From positions 38,502,001 through 38,566,000 of the forward strand of contig OX597814.1 of the NCBI GenBank assembly GCA_951406725.2: a stretch of DNA of 64,000 bases, read 5' to 3'. The DNA comes from Octopus vulgaris (lineage: Eukaryota). The translations under genes were made by a program, and so were the position numbers. The notes under the pieces were generated by a model. It saw only the letters and a list, made by a program, of their open reading frames with translations. It ran no database searches and had not been told where the DNA came from. Numbering within the stretch: position 1 is the first letter of the stretch; the number at the start of each line of letters is the position of its first letter. Below, piece after piece: positions 1 through 13,704 of this stretch.

Positions 1-92
1 GTGTCTCACTCAAGAACAACATGCAGCTCGGTCCGAGAATCGAACTCACAACCTCACGATCGTAAGCTCGACTCTTTAACCATTGAGTCATG
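1..92 (-). mobile_element. tRNA-derived SINE head fragment (family C)
   Basis: Reverse complement reads TGACTCAATGG (A box)...GAGTTCGATTC (B box)...GTTGTTCTTGAGTGAGACAC; same head type as copies at 14.2 kb, 46.6 kb and 57.8 kb. Confidence 0.75.
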
Positions 93-101
93 GGTCTTCA
101 T

Positions 102-347
<246 letters not shown>

Positions 348-1989
348 TGGCTTTGTCTTATGTAAAACATTAGGAGGATGTAAGAAAATAACAATGTGTA
401 ATCGTTCTGTTCTGTAAAATATTTTACAACACCAATAATTGAAATGGTTTTTATTGCAATATCAATTTTTAAAAAAAATATCGACATGATACTAAAGATC
501 TTATCTTCATTTGCAATCTCTGCCCATTTGATATCGTTTTATCACGATAAATCTTTGTGAAATATTTTTTCGAATACGTTTTTGTTTTATTTTCGCCTTA
601 ATCTTTATTTCCTTTAGTTTTACTGTTATCTGGTTTGACGTATCTTTTTGCCTATCAAGAAGGAGTACCACGTTTATGATTTTCTCTCTCATATACAAAC
701 TATTTTATTTGTTGAATTCAGAAACCAGTTTATCTAGAGCTATGTGCTAAGTAATATTTATGGCCCCATTACTATTCATAATGTTAGCTCTTATCTATAG
801 AATTTCATTTATGAAATAAATTGTTTTACTACTCAAATTGAATCTTTAGTATTAATTATTCTCCATATAAGTGGCACTTAACATGGTAAAATGTTGAACA
901 AATTTTTAAAAAGTCATGTAAAAAACATGGATTACAATGTTGGCCAAATGTGGTTACACTGCAAAAAATCGATTGCAAATAGGAAGAATTTATTAAAAAG
1001 AAATAGGTTTCTGTTAGTGTAGTCTCTCGTCATTGTTATGTTTGTTATTTGTACAAATATCAAATGTTTTAGAAATTACTAAAGATATTACATCTGGATT
1101 GAGAATTAAAACACCGGTTCTCATCAATTTCTAAATCGTAAAAAAAATAAGTTATTTTGAAATTATTCGTATTCTTATGCGTCATTCGTTTTCCTCTTTG
1201 GCTATTCGAAGACAGGGATTACTTCCTAAATCCGTAAAAGGTTCTGAAATTTTCTGAAGGAATATTAAGATATATTTATTGATATTTATTATCTTGGCGT
1301 ATCTGTTATTAAACATTTACAAGGAAATGGTTGGTAGTCGCTTAGTCGTTGAGGCTTCCGAGACTTCACCAGAAAGGCGATGGATTCTAAGGAAGATAAG
1401 AAACCGAAACTTCGAAGTCACTTTCACCACTAACTGTTATAAATACATAGTAAATACGTACAATACTACAAAACCTTTGCGTAATTTTTGGAGAAAGCGT
1501 ATCTCTTACAGATGTTTACCGCAAGTAAGCAGGCTTTAAAAAACTTAACCGCTGTGATATGCAGAATTGTATTTTGATATGATGCTAATTCCCTAGCTAA
1601 CACACACAGACATACACACACACACACACATACACACACACATACACACACACACACACAGAGACACACAGACACACACGCGCGCGCGCGCGCATGTGCG
1701 TATGTGTGATTTCATGTCCTTTTATCTAAAATATGTGCGGTATCTGGAACGCGTATATAAATTCAAATTGCAAGTAATGTTTCCCTTAACTTTTATTTCT
1801 ACGAGATCAAAACTGAATATAAGTCAAATTCTTGTGAGCTAATATACAAACATGCTCTTTCACCTGCGAAAGGTTGTCCTTGATATTTGAAACAAACCTT
1901 TTTCTTCTTCTTTTTTTACCTCTTCTTCTTCTTCTTCTTATCATCATCATTATCATCATCATCATCATTATTATTATTATATGAAAACC

Positions 1990-4900
1990 CACATTTTATT
2001 TTGGTGGATATGATGGAAAATGTCAGCTGTCTAAATCTAGCAGTCTAAGGTGACACTTGTTTACTGGTCATGCTTCAAAATCCCTGCAAGAGAATTCTTG
2101 CTGTTCCAAACAATGCCGAGTTTTGTAGGCGCTCTGCCTTTACACTTGCACTAATCATTCCCAGCCATGCTGGTAGTTGAGTGCTGACACTTCACAGTGC
2201 AACAATTACTACTGGTATCCTGTGTACTCTCTTCATAGACCACAAACTTCGTATTTCTCACTTCAAATCGTCGCAGCTATTTCTTTTCTTTTCTTTTTCA
2301 CACTGATCCTGTTGTCATATTGGCATGATATGCTGTTGTCACAGTGGCATGATATGCCTGTTCTTTCATTTTTATTCACAACAACAATATCCAGTTTCCG
2401 ATGTCTGTTCAGGGGATTACACTGGATCGTTGCATCCCACGGGATTTTGCAATTCTCATTTTTGGTGACTCCTTGTGGAGTTTGCTCTAACTACATATGT
2501 GCTCTTTGCAGACCGTGGGTTCCATAGAGCTCCCATTGGATCATTCTTGCCACATTATCATGGCGTCTTTTGTATTCGCATTGTGCCAATTTCGGTCATT
2601 CGCTAACGATATGTCATACCGTTTCACCCCTCATTACCGTTAGTATTGTCAATTCTGCACTTCATGCATTTGGTCCTTAATGTTTGTTCCTGAGCTGCGC
2701 ATAACAATGCTTCTGTCTTTATCTTCAGGCCACTCTTCCTCATCCATAGATTCCGGCCCTCCGTATTTGTTTTGGCGTTCACATCTCTTGCAAACTGACC
2801 ATGCGTACATTTTACCTACCATAGTTTTTCTTTTTGTCTTCATTTCTTGTTTAATTTTTTTCTTTAATTACACGATTTTCAGTTCTGATATTTCTTCGTA
2901 TATAAAAATGCTGTGGCTCCACGGCATTTTTATATATCAGCCTAGGCTGTTTTCCTCCGTTTGGATACAGTCATGGCAACAGATCAAAGCTCTCCCACTC
3001 TATCTTCTGGATTGAACACAGCGTATCGGTGTCACTCCTATGGTGGAAGGTTCCGTGTACTATCAACATCTTTCTGTTCTTTTTATCCATTTACTTCATT
3101 TCTTTCGTTTGCCATTTAAAAATTATCTTCGCTCCCTACCGAAGTGATTCTATCGCCCAAGTATTAACTGCTTGGATTTTATTCCATCCAATCATTTTCG
3201 AGTGCAGCACCAACCTCAGACTTCGGAAACACTCCAGCCTCAGTTGGTCTTTCATTTACTTTTATCACGTTGCACTGAAGTACGCCATGGTATTTGTACT
3301 CTTCGATTAGGATTTGCTTAATCAAGTATCTATTTAGTACGTTTATCCCTGCTAGGCACTGCACCATGCCGCTTTTTAGGTAGATTACTCTGCACGTCTT
3401 GAGTTCAAACTCAATTCTAATATCAGTACGAAATCAGAGGATCGTGTTGAACAAGGAATTCACTTGTGTCGCATCTTCGCCATAAATTTTCAAATAATCT
3501 ATGTAGAGGAGTCGGTCGCTTGTTTGAGATTTTACCTTTAGTTGGTACCCCATTTTCATTTTTCTGAGTACCAAGATCAGGGAAATATACAGAGAACGAA
3601 AAGCAACGGGATTAGGCTGTCAGCCTCGAAATTTCCTCTTTTCATAGCCAGGGGTCTAAGCTTTGTACGTAAGATATCAATTCAGTTGTCCATCCCACCA
3701 TACTTCTTTTCAGGAAACATGTTATATTCCACGCGTTTCCAAACAGATCTAAGCAATCGAAGATCCATGAATTTGGAATCATATCATAGGATTTGTGTCA
3801 ATCTAGTCTATTCCCAGATTTATTCACCTTCATTTACAATCTTGCATTACCATTATGTCTATCAAGGGTTTGTCCTTGTTACCTCTGCATCTACTTCTAC
3901 AGCATTTCTGTCCCTACGGTAATATATTTTTCTCATCAAGAAATTTACACAGTTCTTTTGTAAATTCCTCTTGGCATTAACGGGAGGCAGGAAAATGGTC
4001 TGTAATTATCAGTAAGATTTCTCTTTGATGCATCGTTTAGGAACACCAGCGTTCGTCCTTTTGTCAACCACACCGGATTTCATTTACTGCATTGCTCAAT
4101 TCATTAAATTGTTCTGCGATCAATTGAAGGCAACTTCTAAATTTATGTTATCTAAAATCACTGTACAGCTTCAGAACCTGCTACTTATAAACTTACTCGA
4201 ATTTCTGATAATGTCCTCCATGAATTGAATAGCGTCTTTCTGGAAAAAGAAGCGGTTTACTTCAGGCTACAGAGCATTGAGCTGTAGTATTTTGTTGTTT
4301 TATTATTACTCTATATCTTATCCCCAAAAATGTCGACTTTCATCAGCATCAAGTATTAATGTTCAACGTTGTTTTATCGTCATTAATTTCTTGACAAAAA
4401 CATTTTTAGTTGGTTGCAAACAATTTGTTTTGCTTGGGTTGCTTCCTCCGTTGTTCAAACATAATTAGCTCTGCTTTTGTTGCATGTATGCGCTGATTCA
4501 GTTTTTCAATTACGATATCCAGGCCTTTTGTATCAACACCATATTTATTCCTATCTTTTTCGAATTTCCATTCATTCTTAAGTTCTCCATTTCTTTTCCT
4601 GTCATGTATTGTCACTACACTGTTCGAGGAATTTCTATCTTCAGGAATTCTCCTTTTCCATAACTGTTTATTTCCTCTTCTATACATCGCCCTTATATTC
4701 TCAGTAGCTCTCAATCGCATCCATTCCGCCACAATCTTATTAGCAACCTTGATAAGATTGTTTGTGTGATGTTCTGTGTTTCAATGTGTCTCAGAAAAAT
4801 ATTGACTGTATTCGTCTCTTGATTTAATTTCCATTGGCACAGACATTTCCCTTCTGTATTTGATAGATCCAAAATGCTGTCTATTATTAAGCGACCTTCA

Positions 4901-5150
4901 TTATTGAATAGTCACTCTTCTCAATTCTTTCATAATTCACGGTATTATATTCTTCTGGACAATTATCCATCTCTCCCACTATATCACTTTCACTTCTCGC
5001 ATGCCCAATCACATCCTATGACTTTCTTTTAATAGCTTATATCTCGAATTGTGTTAATTATCCATTCGTACTTATTCCTCTTGCTTGTTCACATAATAAC
5101 TCCACAGTAATTTCGAACAGTTTCTTTGCTTTCCATTCACTGTGCATTCG
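1990..5150 (-). mobile_element. Decayed R4/Dong-clade (RLE endonuclease) non-LTR retrotransposon, copy 1
   Basis: Minus-strand translation gives RT remnants around 3430-3740, KYGVDTKGLDIVIEKLNQRI (4406-4732 ORF), and C-terminal LAQCEYKRRHDNVARMIQWEL (RHD motif) followed by RKLDIVVV. The 3' end runs into (ATA)n/(ATG)n/(AAG)n at 1900-1980. Many stops and frameshifts. Confidence 0.85.
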
Positions 5151-5299
5151 TTTTCCGTACCCTCTGTCAAACACGCCTTTCGCATCCACTATTATCATCA
5201 TCATCATCGTCGTCATCGTCGTCATCATCATCATCATTTATTGCCTTTGAACAGATTCAAACACTGGAGATGTACGACGGCGTTAACTCTTCACTGCCA

Positions 5300-8200
5300 G
5301 TGAACTAAGGTAACACATTTTTTTTCGAGCAACATCCTGAGTATTCGAGCGGTTCCAAGCAGTGCTGTTTTATGCAAGCGCTTCACCCTTATTTAAGCCA
5401 CACTTTGTGTACCATGTAATTCGCAAAATGTTTACTCATTGTTCCCAGGAACCCGACAATTATTGGTGATACTACCATCTTTTTTAGTGACAACAGCTTA
5501 ATCTCCCAAGCTAAACTGTCATATTTATCGACTTTTTTCTTCCTTATCGCATACCTTGTTATCAGATGCGCATGCTATATCTATGGTCCAGTATTGTTTG
5601 CTTTCTTTCTCAATTAACATTATGTCTGGTTTCCTATTCACTATCTCATGGTCCTACTGAATCATAAAATCCCATATCATCTATGCGTTATCACTTTCGA
5701 TGATAACTTCGTGTTTATGTTCGTACCGCTATTTTGCTCAGCCAAATCCGTACATCTTGCAAAGTATTCACTGGACAATCTTTGCTAAATTGTCATGATT
5801 TATTTTATATTCTTTTTGGGCTTGTGACGTACATTGACAGATAATATATCATGCGGTTTCAGCATTTTGTCCACAAATTCTGCACTTATCACTTTCTGGT
5901 GTGTTGTCTATTCAGTATTTGATGTAAATATATTTTGATGCTTGCTGTTTGGCAGCGCAGATTAGGGAGTCGGTTTCATGTTTAAATCGCGTTGTCATCA
6001 ACAGACATATTTTTCCGTCGTATCTTCAACTTCCCTATGAAATTATCTATGCATTCTTTTTTTTTTATCAACAGGTTTTCAGTTTCATTTATTCTCAAGT
6101 TCATGTACATGCTTCATCTTTGTAATCTTCCATCCTACATTACCTTGACCAACTTCGTTCCAATAATACTGTTTCGGTGGCAATCATTACAAGCTATGCT
6201 TCGTAGCTTTCTTCTGCTCTAATGCTCTGTTCGCATCCAATCAGTCCTCTTCCCGCTCTTTGTCTTGGAGCATATACGCTGTGTATGTCACTTTTTGGGT
6301 GGAGAACTTTTCTGTGGAATATCTTTCTGTCTAAGCTCTTTTAGTACGCTACTGACATTTCTTTCACCTTCAATTTACCCATTTCCAATATCACCAAGTA
6401 CTTATAGCCATTCTCATCTACCTGATTCATAAACACCCCAGACGACATCGCTAGCCCGTCCATATATTAGATTTTGTCTGTCTTGAAGACTAACTCACCA
6501 CACTTTTTCAGTCCGAACGCCATTCTGTTCTCAGCACTGAAAATATACACCTTATCAACGATGGGACCGATTTGAGATTCATCTTTACCATAGAGTTTGA
6601 GGTCATCCATGGATAACATGTGGTTGAGTTTTTTGTTGGTGGCATTTGAATATATACCCAGTCTTTGCTTTCTTCAGAATCAGTGTTAGTGGTATCATGC
6701 ACACTACAAAGATAAGCAGGGAGAGGTAGTCCACTTAGAAGATCTCTATTGTCCCTGAACATCTTCCATATGATGTCAGTTCCGTCCTCGAAAACGCCAT
6801 ACTTTTTCCAAGTAATCACCAGACATTCGAAGTAATACCAAAATAGGTTCATACATTCCATAATCGAAGAATCTGGGATCATATCGTACGCTTTACGATA
6901 ATCGAAACATGACAACGCTAAGTTAGTTTTCCGCCCTTTCAAGCATCTAAGCACAGTTTTGTCTCCCAGGATTTGATCCTTGTTACCTCTGTACTTATGC
7001 TGGCACCCGTTCTGCTCACGTGGCAGAATTCTATTACTTTCCAGATGCCGGTACGTTGGCTATTCAAGTCAATAATGCCTACATAAGAGGCAAGCAGCAT
7101 ATCGGCATGTTATTGTCTAGCATATTGCCTTTCCCGATGTTTCTCAAGTACAGTTACTATTCTACTCATTATCAATCTCTCTGGGGGTTATTTGGTCAGC
7201 ATTTCACAAGTTATTGAGTTGTGCAGTTATTCGTGCATGAAATTCACCAAATCTTTTGAAATAGTAGCCTTGAAGTCCATATGGTACTGGGGCCTTCGGT
7301 TACCCGTTTTTTGTATCCCCTCTCTCCAGGTGCCACTTCAAAACATTTAATTTCCAATGTTATCTAGCATCAACTTTTCGTGTGTACAGTCTCCATTTAT
7401 TTCTTTGTAGAATACCTTCTGAACTACCCTGAAAAGCCTATTCTGCAGGGATCCCTTCATTATTTGGTCGTATCTTAACATACTTGCTTTGTTTGCAATA
7501 AGAGAATGTTTCAGTTTATCCATTACAACATGCAGGCCCTTCCTTTCAATATCATACATCTTGTACAGTGCCTTGTATTTTCCTTCCCTTTTAAGGTCTC
7601 CCTTCCCTCTTCGGTCTAATACAGAAACGTCCTTCGAGAGTATATCTAGCCCCGCCTATATTTTATTCTCTAGCGTGGAGCTTTTCTTTTGTCACTCCCA
7701 TTATATTTATTTTCTTGATATCAACACCCACATTTTCTACTACAAAAATAATTGCTGCCTTGATCAAATTCTTAGCGTGTGCGATTTTTTTTTCTATTTG
7801 TTCTGCTGTATTTCAGAATTTCATTGACATTTTCACCGATCAACCTTTCTAAGTTTGCGAATAATGTCGCTAACGTTCTGCTCTAGGCTTGCCCATTGTT
7901 CTCTCATTGATTGCTTTTCCCATCTGTCTTGTCACCATCAGTTTATTGTCTTCTTACACACCATCTATATGTCTCTCATCCAACAAAATATCACTGTTCC
8001 TTTCCTGTGGTTTATTAGAGATTTCACCTAAGTTTTTCTGCTATGAGATTACATTTATCATTAGGAACAGTATTTTCATCGTTTCCTCTGCTGCTGTTTT
8101 CCAATACCCGTATTTTGATAGCTTCGAGGTCTATTTCTGTGAAGCAAATATCATTTTTATTGCTCTAGCTTCATCCCATAATCGCTGTTCTCGGAGATGA

Positions 8201-8330
8201 AACAATCCTCATGTTACGTTACTTACATAATTTAAAATTCACGGATATTTGTCCTCATCTTGTTTGTTGTTAACACAACAGTTCGTCTGATACACCCTTC
8301 AGGCATTATCAGGTGCCTTGGGGAAATTTC
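5300..8330 (-). mobile_element. Decayed R4/Dong-clade non-LTR retrotransposon, copy 2
   Basis: Minus-strand RT remnants (LALSCFDYRKAYDMIPDS at 6508-6954; MDDLKLYGK near 6590-6615; YDIERKGLHVVMDKLK at 7347-7559) and RKPDIMLIEK-type RLE remnant near 5600-5640. The 3' side abuts (TCA/TCG)n at 5191-5238. Confidence 0.85.
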
Positions 8331-8366
8331 AAACCTATGTTCACGTTCCTAAGGTATTTTTCAATG

Positions 8367-9128
8367 TTCTTCTTCTTCTTCTTCTTCTTCTTCTTCTTCT
8401 TCTTCTTCTTCTTCTTCTTCTTCTTCTTCTTCTTCTCCTTCTTCTCCTTCTTCTTCTTCTTCTTCTTCTTCTTCTTCTTCTTCTTCCTATTCTTCTTCTT
8501 CTTCTTCTTCTTCTCCTGCTTCTTCTTCTTCTTCTTCTTCTCCTGCTTATTCTCCTCCTCCTCCTGCTTCTTCTCCTCCTCCTCATGCTTCTTCTCTCCA
8601 CATGATTCTTCTTCTTCTTCCTCTTCTTCTTCTCGCTTATTCTCCTCCTCCTCCTGCTTCTTCTCCTCCTTCTTCTTCTTCTTCTTCTTCTTCTTCTTCT
8701 TCTTCTTCTTCTTCTTCTTCTTCTTCTTCTTCTTCTTCTCCTTCTTCTTCTTCTTCTCCTACTTCTCCTCCTCCTGCTTCTTCTTCTTCTTCTCCTTCTT
8801 CTTCTTCTTCTCCTACTTCTCCTCCTCCTGCTTCTTCTTCTTCTTCTTCTTCTTCTTCTTCTTCTTCTTCTTCTTCTTCTTCTTCTTCTTCTTCTTCTTC
8901 TTCTTCTTCTTCTCCTGCTTATTCTCCTCCTCCTCCTGCTTCTTCTCCTCCTCCTCATGCTTCTTCTCTCCACATGATTCTTCTTCTTCTTCCTCTTCTT
9001 CTTCTCCCCATCCTGTTTCTTCTCCTCCTCCTCCTGCTTCTTCTCCTCCTCCTGCTTCTTTTTCTACTTCTTCTCCTGATTCTTCTTCTTCTTCTTCTGC
9101 TGCTTATTCTCCTTCACCTGCTTCTTCT

Positions 9129-9160
<32 letters not shown>

Positions 9161-9485
9161 TTCTTCTCCTTCTTCTTCTTCTTCTCCTACTTCTCCTCCT
9201 CCTGCTTCTTCTTCTTCTTCTTCTTCTTCTTCTTCTTCTTCTCCTTCTTCTTCTTCTCCTTCTCCTACTACTCCTCCTCCTGCTTCCTCTTCTTCTTCTT
9301 CTTCTTCTTCTTCTCCTACTACTCCTCCTCCTGCTTCCTCTTCTTCTTCTTCTTCTTCTTCTGCTTCTCCTACTTCTCCTCCTCCTGCTTCTTCTTCTTC
9401 TTCTTCTTCTGCTTCTCCTACTTCTCCTCCTTCTTCTTCTTCTTCTTCTTCTTCTTCTTCTTCTTCTTCTTCTTTTCTTCTTCTT

Positions 9486-9487
<2 letters not shown>
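8367..9487. repeat. About 1.1-kb compound (CTT)n/(CTC)n polypyrimidine tract
   Basis: Directly visible; long pure (CTT)n runs interspersed with CCT/CTG/CTA variants; followed immediately by (ATT)n at 9488-9563. Confidence 0.97.
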
Positions 9488-9564
<77 letters not shown>

Positions 9565-9566
<2 letters not shown>

Positions 9567-10260
9567 TAGTTTTATTTTTATAGCGTGCTTTCATTTCACT
9601 ACCGAGCGCAGCTCTGTGTGCCTTGGGTACGTGCTGTGATTTGTTGTGATGCTCTGATGGTTATTGTATGGAGAAGTGTTTTGTGTAGGATGTGTACAGT
9701 GCCTAGTAGTGCAATTTTCTGTATGTTATATGTGTTTGTAAGTCCTGGTGTTTTTGTTATGTATTTGTCTGACTATTTTTTTATCATGCTTAATGCACCT
9801 ACTATGAAAGGAATTGTTTCTGTTTTTAGATTCCACATTCTGGTTACCTCTATTTCCAGGTTTTTGTAATTTGAAAGTTTCTCCATTTCTTTTAGAGACA
9901 CGTTGTCATCTGCCGCTATTGATACATCAATTAGAAAGCATTTTTTTCTTCATGATCTCTGACAACGATATCTGGTCTGTTGGCCTTAATTTCTCTATCT
10001 GTGTGTATCGGCATGTCTCTGAGTATGGCTGCTTTCTCGTTTTCTGTGACCTTTTCTTGTGTGCCTATACCATCTTTATTCTGTTGTTATTCCATAATGT
10101 TGGCATAGCTTCCGGTGTATGTAGGTTCCAACTCTGTCATGTCTGTGAATATATTCCTTCTTAGCCAGGACTGGGCAGCCAGAGATAATGATTTATTGTT
10201 TCTTGTACGTCTCCACATATTCTGGAGTTAATTGTTATATTTCTTTTCATTACATGCCAT
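9565..10260 (-). mobile_element. R4/Dong-clade element 3' segment (RLE domain), copy 3
   Basis: Minus strand encodes KEYIHRHDRVGTYIHRKLCQHY...KANRPDIVVRD...KIALLGTVHILHKTL (RHD and PD motifs); flanked by (ATT)n on both sides (9488-9563 and 10262-10411). Confidence 0.85.
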
Positions 10261-10262
10261 TA

Positions 10263-10311
<49 letters not shown>

Positions 10312-10352
10312 CATTATTATTATTATTATTATCATTATTATTATTATTATTA

Positions 10353-10414
<62 letters not shown>

Positions 10415-10415
<1 letters not shown>

Positions 10416-10485
10416 TAAATGCCTGGAATCGAACTCAGAATCTGAGGGTTAGTGGCATGTGCACTTAACCCCTACGCCATATGAG
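10415..10485 (-). mobile_element. tRNA-like SINE head fragment
   Basis: Reverse complement has TGGCGTAGGGGTTAAG (A-box-like) and GAGTTCGATTCC (B box). Confidence 0.6.
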
Positions 10486-11229
10486 GACAAATAACCATCA
10501 AATGTAAATAATGTTCGTAATTACGCGTCTCTTAAATATAGATCTGAATCCTCTTTCTCTCCGTTGATCAGACATACATTGTCGCTATCCCCTAAGATTA
10601 ACACAATTTTCCTGTACGGGTTTGCTCAAATAGTAACATCCCATGACCACAGTATTGACTTGTCTGTTCAATCTATGCCGTGTGTACTAGTCCTTTGCTG
10701 GATAGCGACATGTTGAAGTTGGACCAGTATATCTAAACCTGGCAGGTGCAACACTGTAACTTTGAAGGGCTTCAGATTCATGACCACCGTTATTCACAAT
10801 ATTTTTTTCATTGACACTCATATGAGGTAGCGATTATCAGTTTGTGCAATTACTAATAATTTATTGTGACGCTATCACTACATGTACCATCATTCAGCGC
10901 ATAAGGAGATTCCAACCGCTTCTTTTCTTATTATTATTATCAATATTATTTTCATTGATTTGTTTTCACTATTTGTCATTGTTAATATTTCCCCTGGTCC
11001 GACATTATTATCGTTTCCATTTATTATTAATTCGACCCTAGTGTTTTCCTGGTATTTAATGTATCGACCCCAACAGATGAAATGTAAGGTCACGCTCAGT
11101 GTAATTTGAACTTGTACTTGAGATACTCATAACTATGAGAGGGTTTAAGGGAATAGTAGCCGGAAGAGAAATAGGTTGGAGAAATAGATTCGGCAGGTTG
11201 TGGAGTGATATCAGTAATGGGTATTCCTG

Positions 11230-12420
11230 TGTGATAAGTAGACAAAGTGACCTCACCCTAGGATTCATTTCATTTGTTTGATAGCTTTTGTTGTTTCTTC
11301 ATCATCTTTTTCTTCTTCTTGGGGTTTATTAGGTGGTATGATTTCTTGTTTGTATTTGTCCAAGCCTAAATACTGAGAACAGTTTTTTGTTTTGCTCGTG
11401 TTTTGCTGCTATCTGGATCAGTTTTCCTTCCTTCTGAAGTAGGTATTTTTGCAGTCCTATGGTGGTTATTTTATAGTAGTTTTCCAGCTGTATAAGGCCT
11501 CTACCACCTTCTATACGTTGTATATAGTCTTTCTATGTCAGATTTTGGGTGATGCATCCTATATCCTGTCAGTATTTTTCTTGTTTTCCTATCTATTTTC
11601 GACAGTTCATTTCGTGTCCAGTTAAGGATATTGTAGCTGTAACTTATAACTGGAACAGCTAAAGTGTTGATACCTACTATCTTGTTTTTAGCATTGAGCT
11701 CTGTTTTCAATTACTGATAGAAAAAAAAATTATATATATATGATGTTCTCCCCCGTTGAACTTTTGAATTTCTGAATTTTTTTAATAAGTTTTGCTGTGG
11801 TTTAATTCTTTTATTTCATTGGTTGTGTCTAGTGTGATGTTGTTACTCTTAACTAGTTTTCCTCTTTTCATGGTTACTTTAGCGCATTTTTCTAATCCAA
11901 ATTTCATATCTATTTCTTTGGTAAATCCATGAACTGTCGTTAAAATTTTCACAGAAAATTGTAAATACTACAGTTTTAAAATAGTAGCTATTATAGTTTT
12001 AAAATTCTCCAAACAAAGAAAACTGTAGATTTCTTCGAATAAAAAATGTTAAGTTTCCAATGCACAGGGAGAAAGTATAGGAACTGACAGAAGTTGTAGA
12101 CATTCCAATCTTTGAGAGTTATTTTTCCGCTATCCTGCTCGATTGTATCGGTGCTTCAGTGTCTTCGGTTGCTGACAGGTCGGAGCACCGAAGAACACGT
12201 CCAGCAGCTGTCTACTTTGTTATTATTATTTTTGTTGTTGTTGTTGTTTTTGCACAGGATCCATGTGTGGGGGATGCTATCAAACGCCTTTTTGTAGTCA
12301 ATCCAGGCCATACTGAGGCCTTTCTTCTTTCTGTGGCTGTCTTCAGTTACGGCTTTATTAATCATTAGTTGATCTTTACAGCCATATGAGCCCTTGCGGC
12401 ATCCTTTCTGCTCTTCGTAG
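11230..12420 (-). mobile_element. R4/Dong-clade RT fragments, probably the upstream part of copy 3, interrupted and internally deleted
   Basis: QKGCRKGSYGCKDQLMINKAVTEDSHRKKKGLSMAWIDYKKAFDSIPHTWI (12250-12420), MKFGLEKCAKVTMKRGKLV (11840-11910), KTELNAKNKIVGINTLAVPVISYSYNILNW...KIDRKTRKILT (11501-11710). Its 5' truncation abuts (ATT)n-(AGT)n at 12420-12616. Confidence 0.85.
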
Positions 12421-12495
12421 AAATAATAATTATATTATTAATAATAATAATAAAATGATAATAATAATAGTAATAATAATTCTTATTATTATTAA

Positions 12496-12617
<122 letters not shown>

Positions 12618-13704
12618 TGTGTGGTAACCAGTCTGCATGTGTATGTGAGCATGTGAATGTGTAGATAACGTTTCCTAAATAGTACTTTAACTTAACTGGC
12701 TTCATACTTGGAATTCTTGAGACCTAAAAGATTACTAATCCATACTTTATTTCTCCTTGTCGTTCACTCCACTTTTCTCTGTCTATCCCTCAAAATATGT
12801 GTATGCTAGTGTCTCTTTCTATAGACCTCTGTCCTCAAAGGATACGAATATGCACAAAAAGCCTGCTACACAGACAGCTCTCTCTGTCTCTCTCTCACAC
12901 ATACACTGACATACACATATGTGTATGTAAATAGGATTATAGGTATGTACGTATACAGATATACACACGCACATATATTTATTTATACTATTGTGATTAT
13001 GTAGCGCAAATATCTCTTTGTACTTATAAGATTTAATACGTGTGGTTCTATTCTTAAGTTTGTTATACATCAATTTTTTCCTTGTCATTCTATTTTACTA
13101 CTGTGTTATATTTCATTGTAGAACGATGAAACCCTATCTAATAATTTTTAGTCATTGTTGAAATATGAATTGGCACCATAAAATTCATCGTTTTGTTCCC
13201 AGAATATTCTGCTGCAAGGTTGATATCTCTAAATATGTTGTCCAGTAACGAAACTAAAATATTGAATGGAAACAATAAAAAATAGATTACATTTTGTATT
13301 TTTATCGAAACAATAGTGCAGTTAATGGTGTTGTTGCTGAAGTTGCTGCTTTTTCATATATCGTAGATTATTTCTTCTTTAACTGCGTATTTAAGATGTT
13401 TCGATGAAAACAACATCAACACATAAATATACCGGTCGAATACAATGGAAAGGAAAGGACGATAAAGAAATAATAATCTTATTCGATATATAATTTCGTA
13501 TTATATTCTACTTTGATCGCCGGATATGAGGGAACTGTTTTTCAACACAATATATTCATGTATTTTTATTCTTCATATATACATATGTACGTATGAATGT
13601 ATGTATGTATGTATGTATGTATGTATGTATGTATGTATGTATGTATGTATGTACTAACATATATAAATATATGTGTACACATACATGTAGGCGTATATGT
13701 AACT

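Noticed and set aside
8313-9639. 418-aa, 345-aa and poly-Arg/poly-Glu ORFs
   Set aside because: All frames are open only because (CTT)n lacks stops; homopolymeric products and no gene context.
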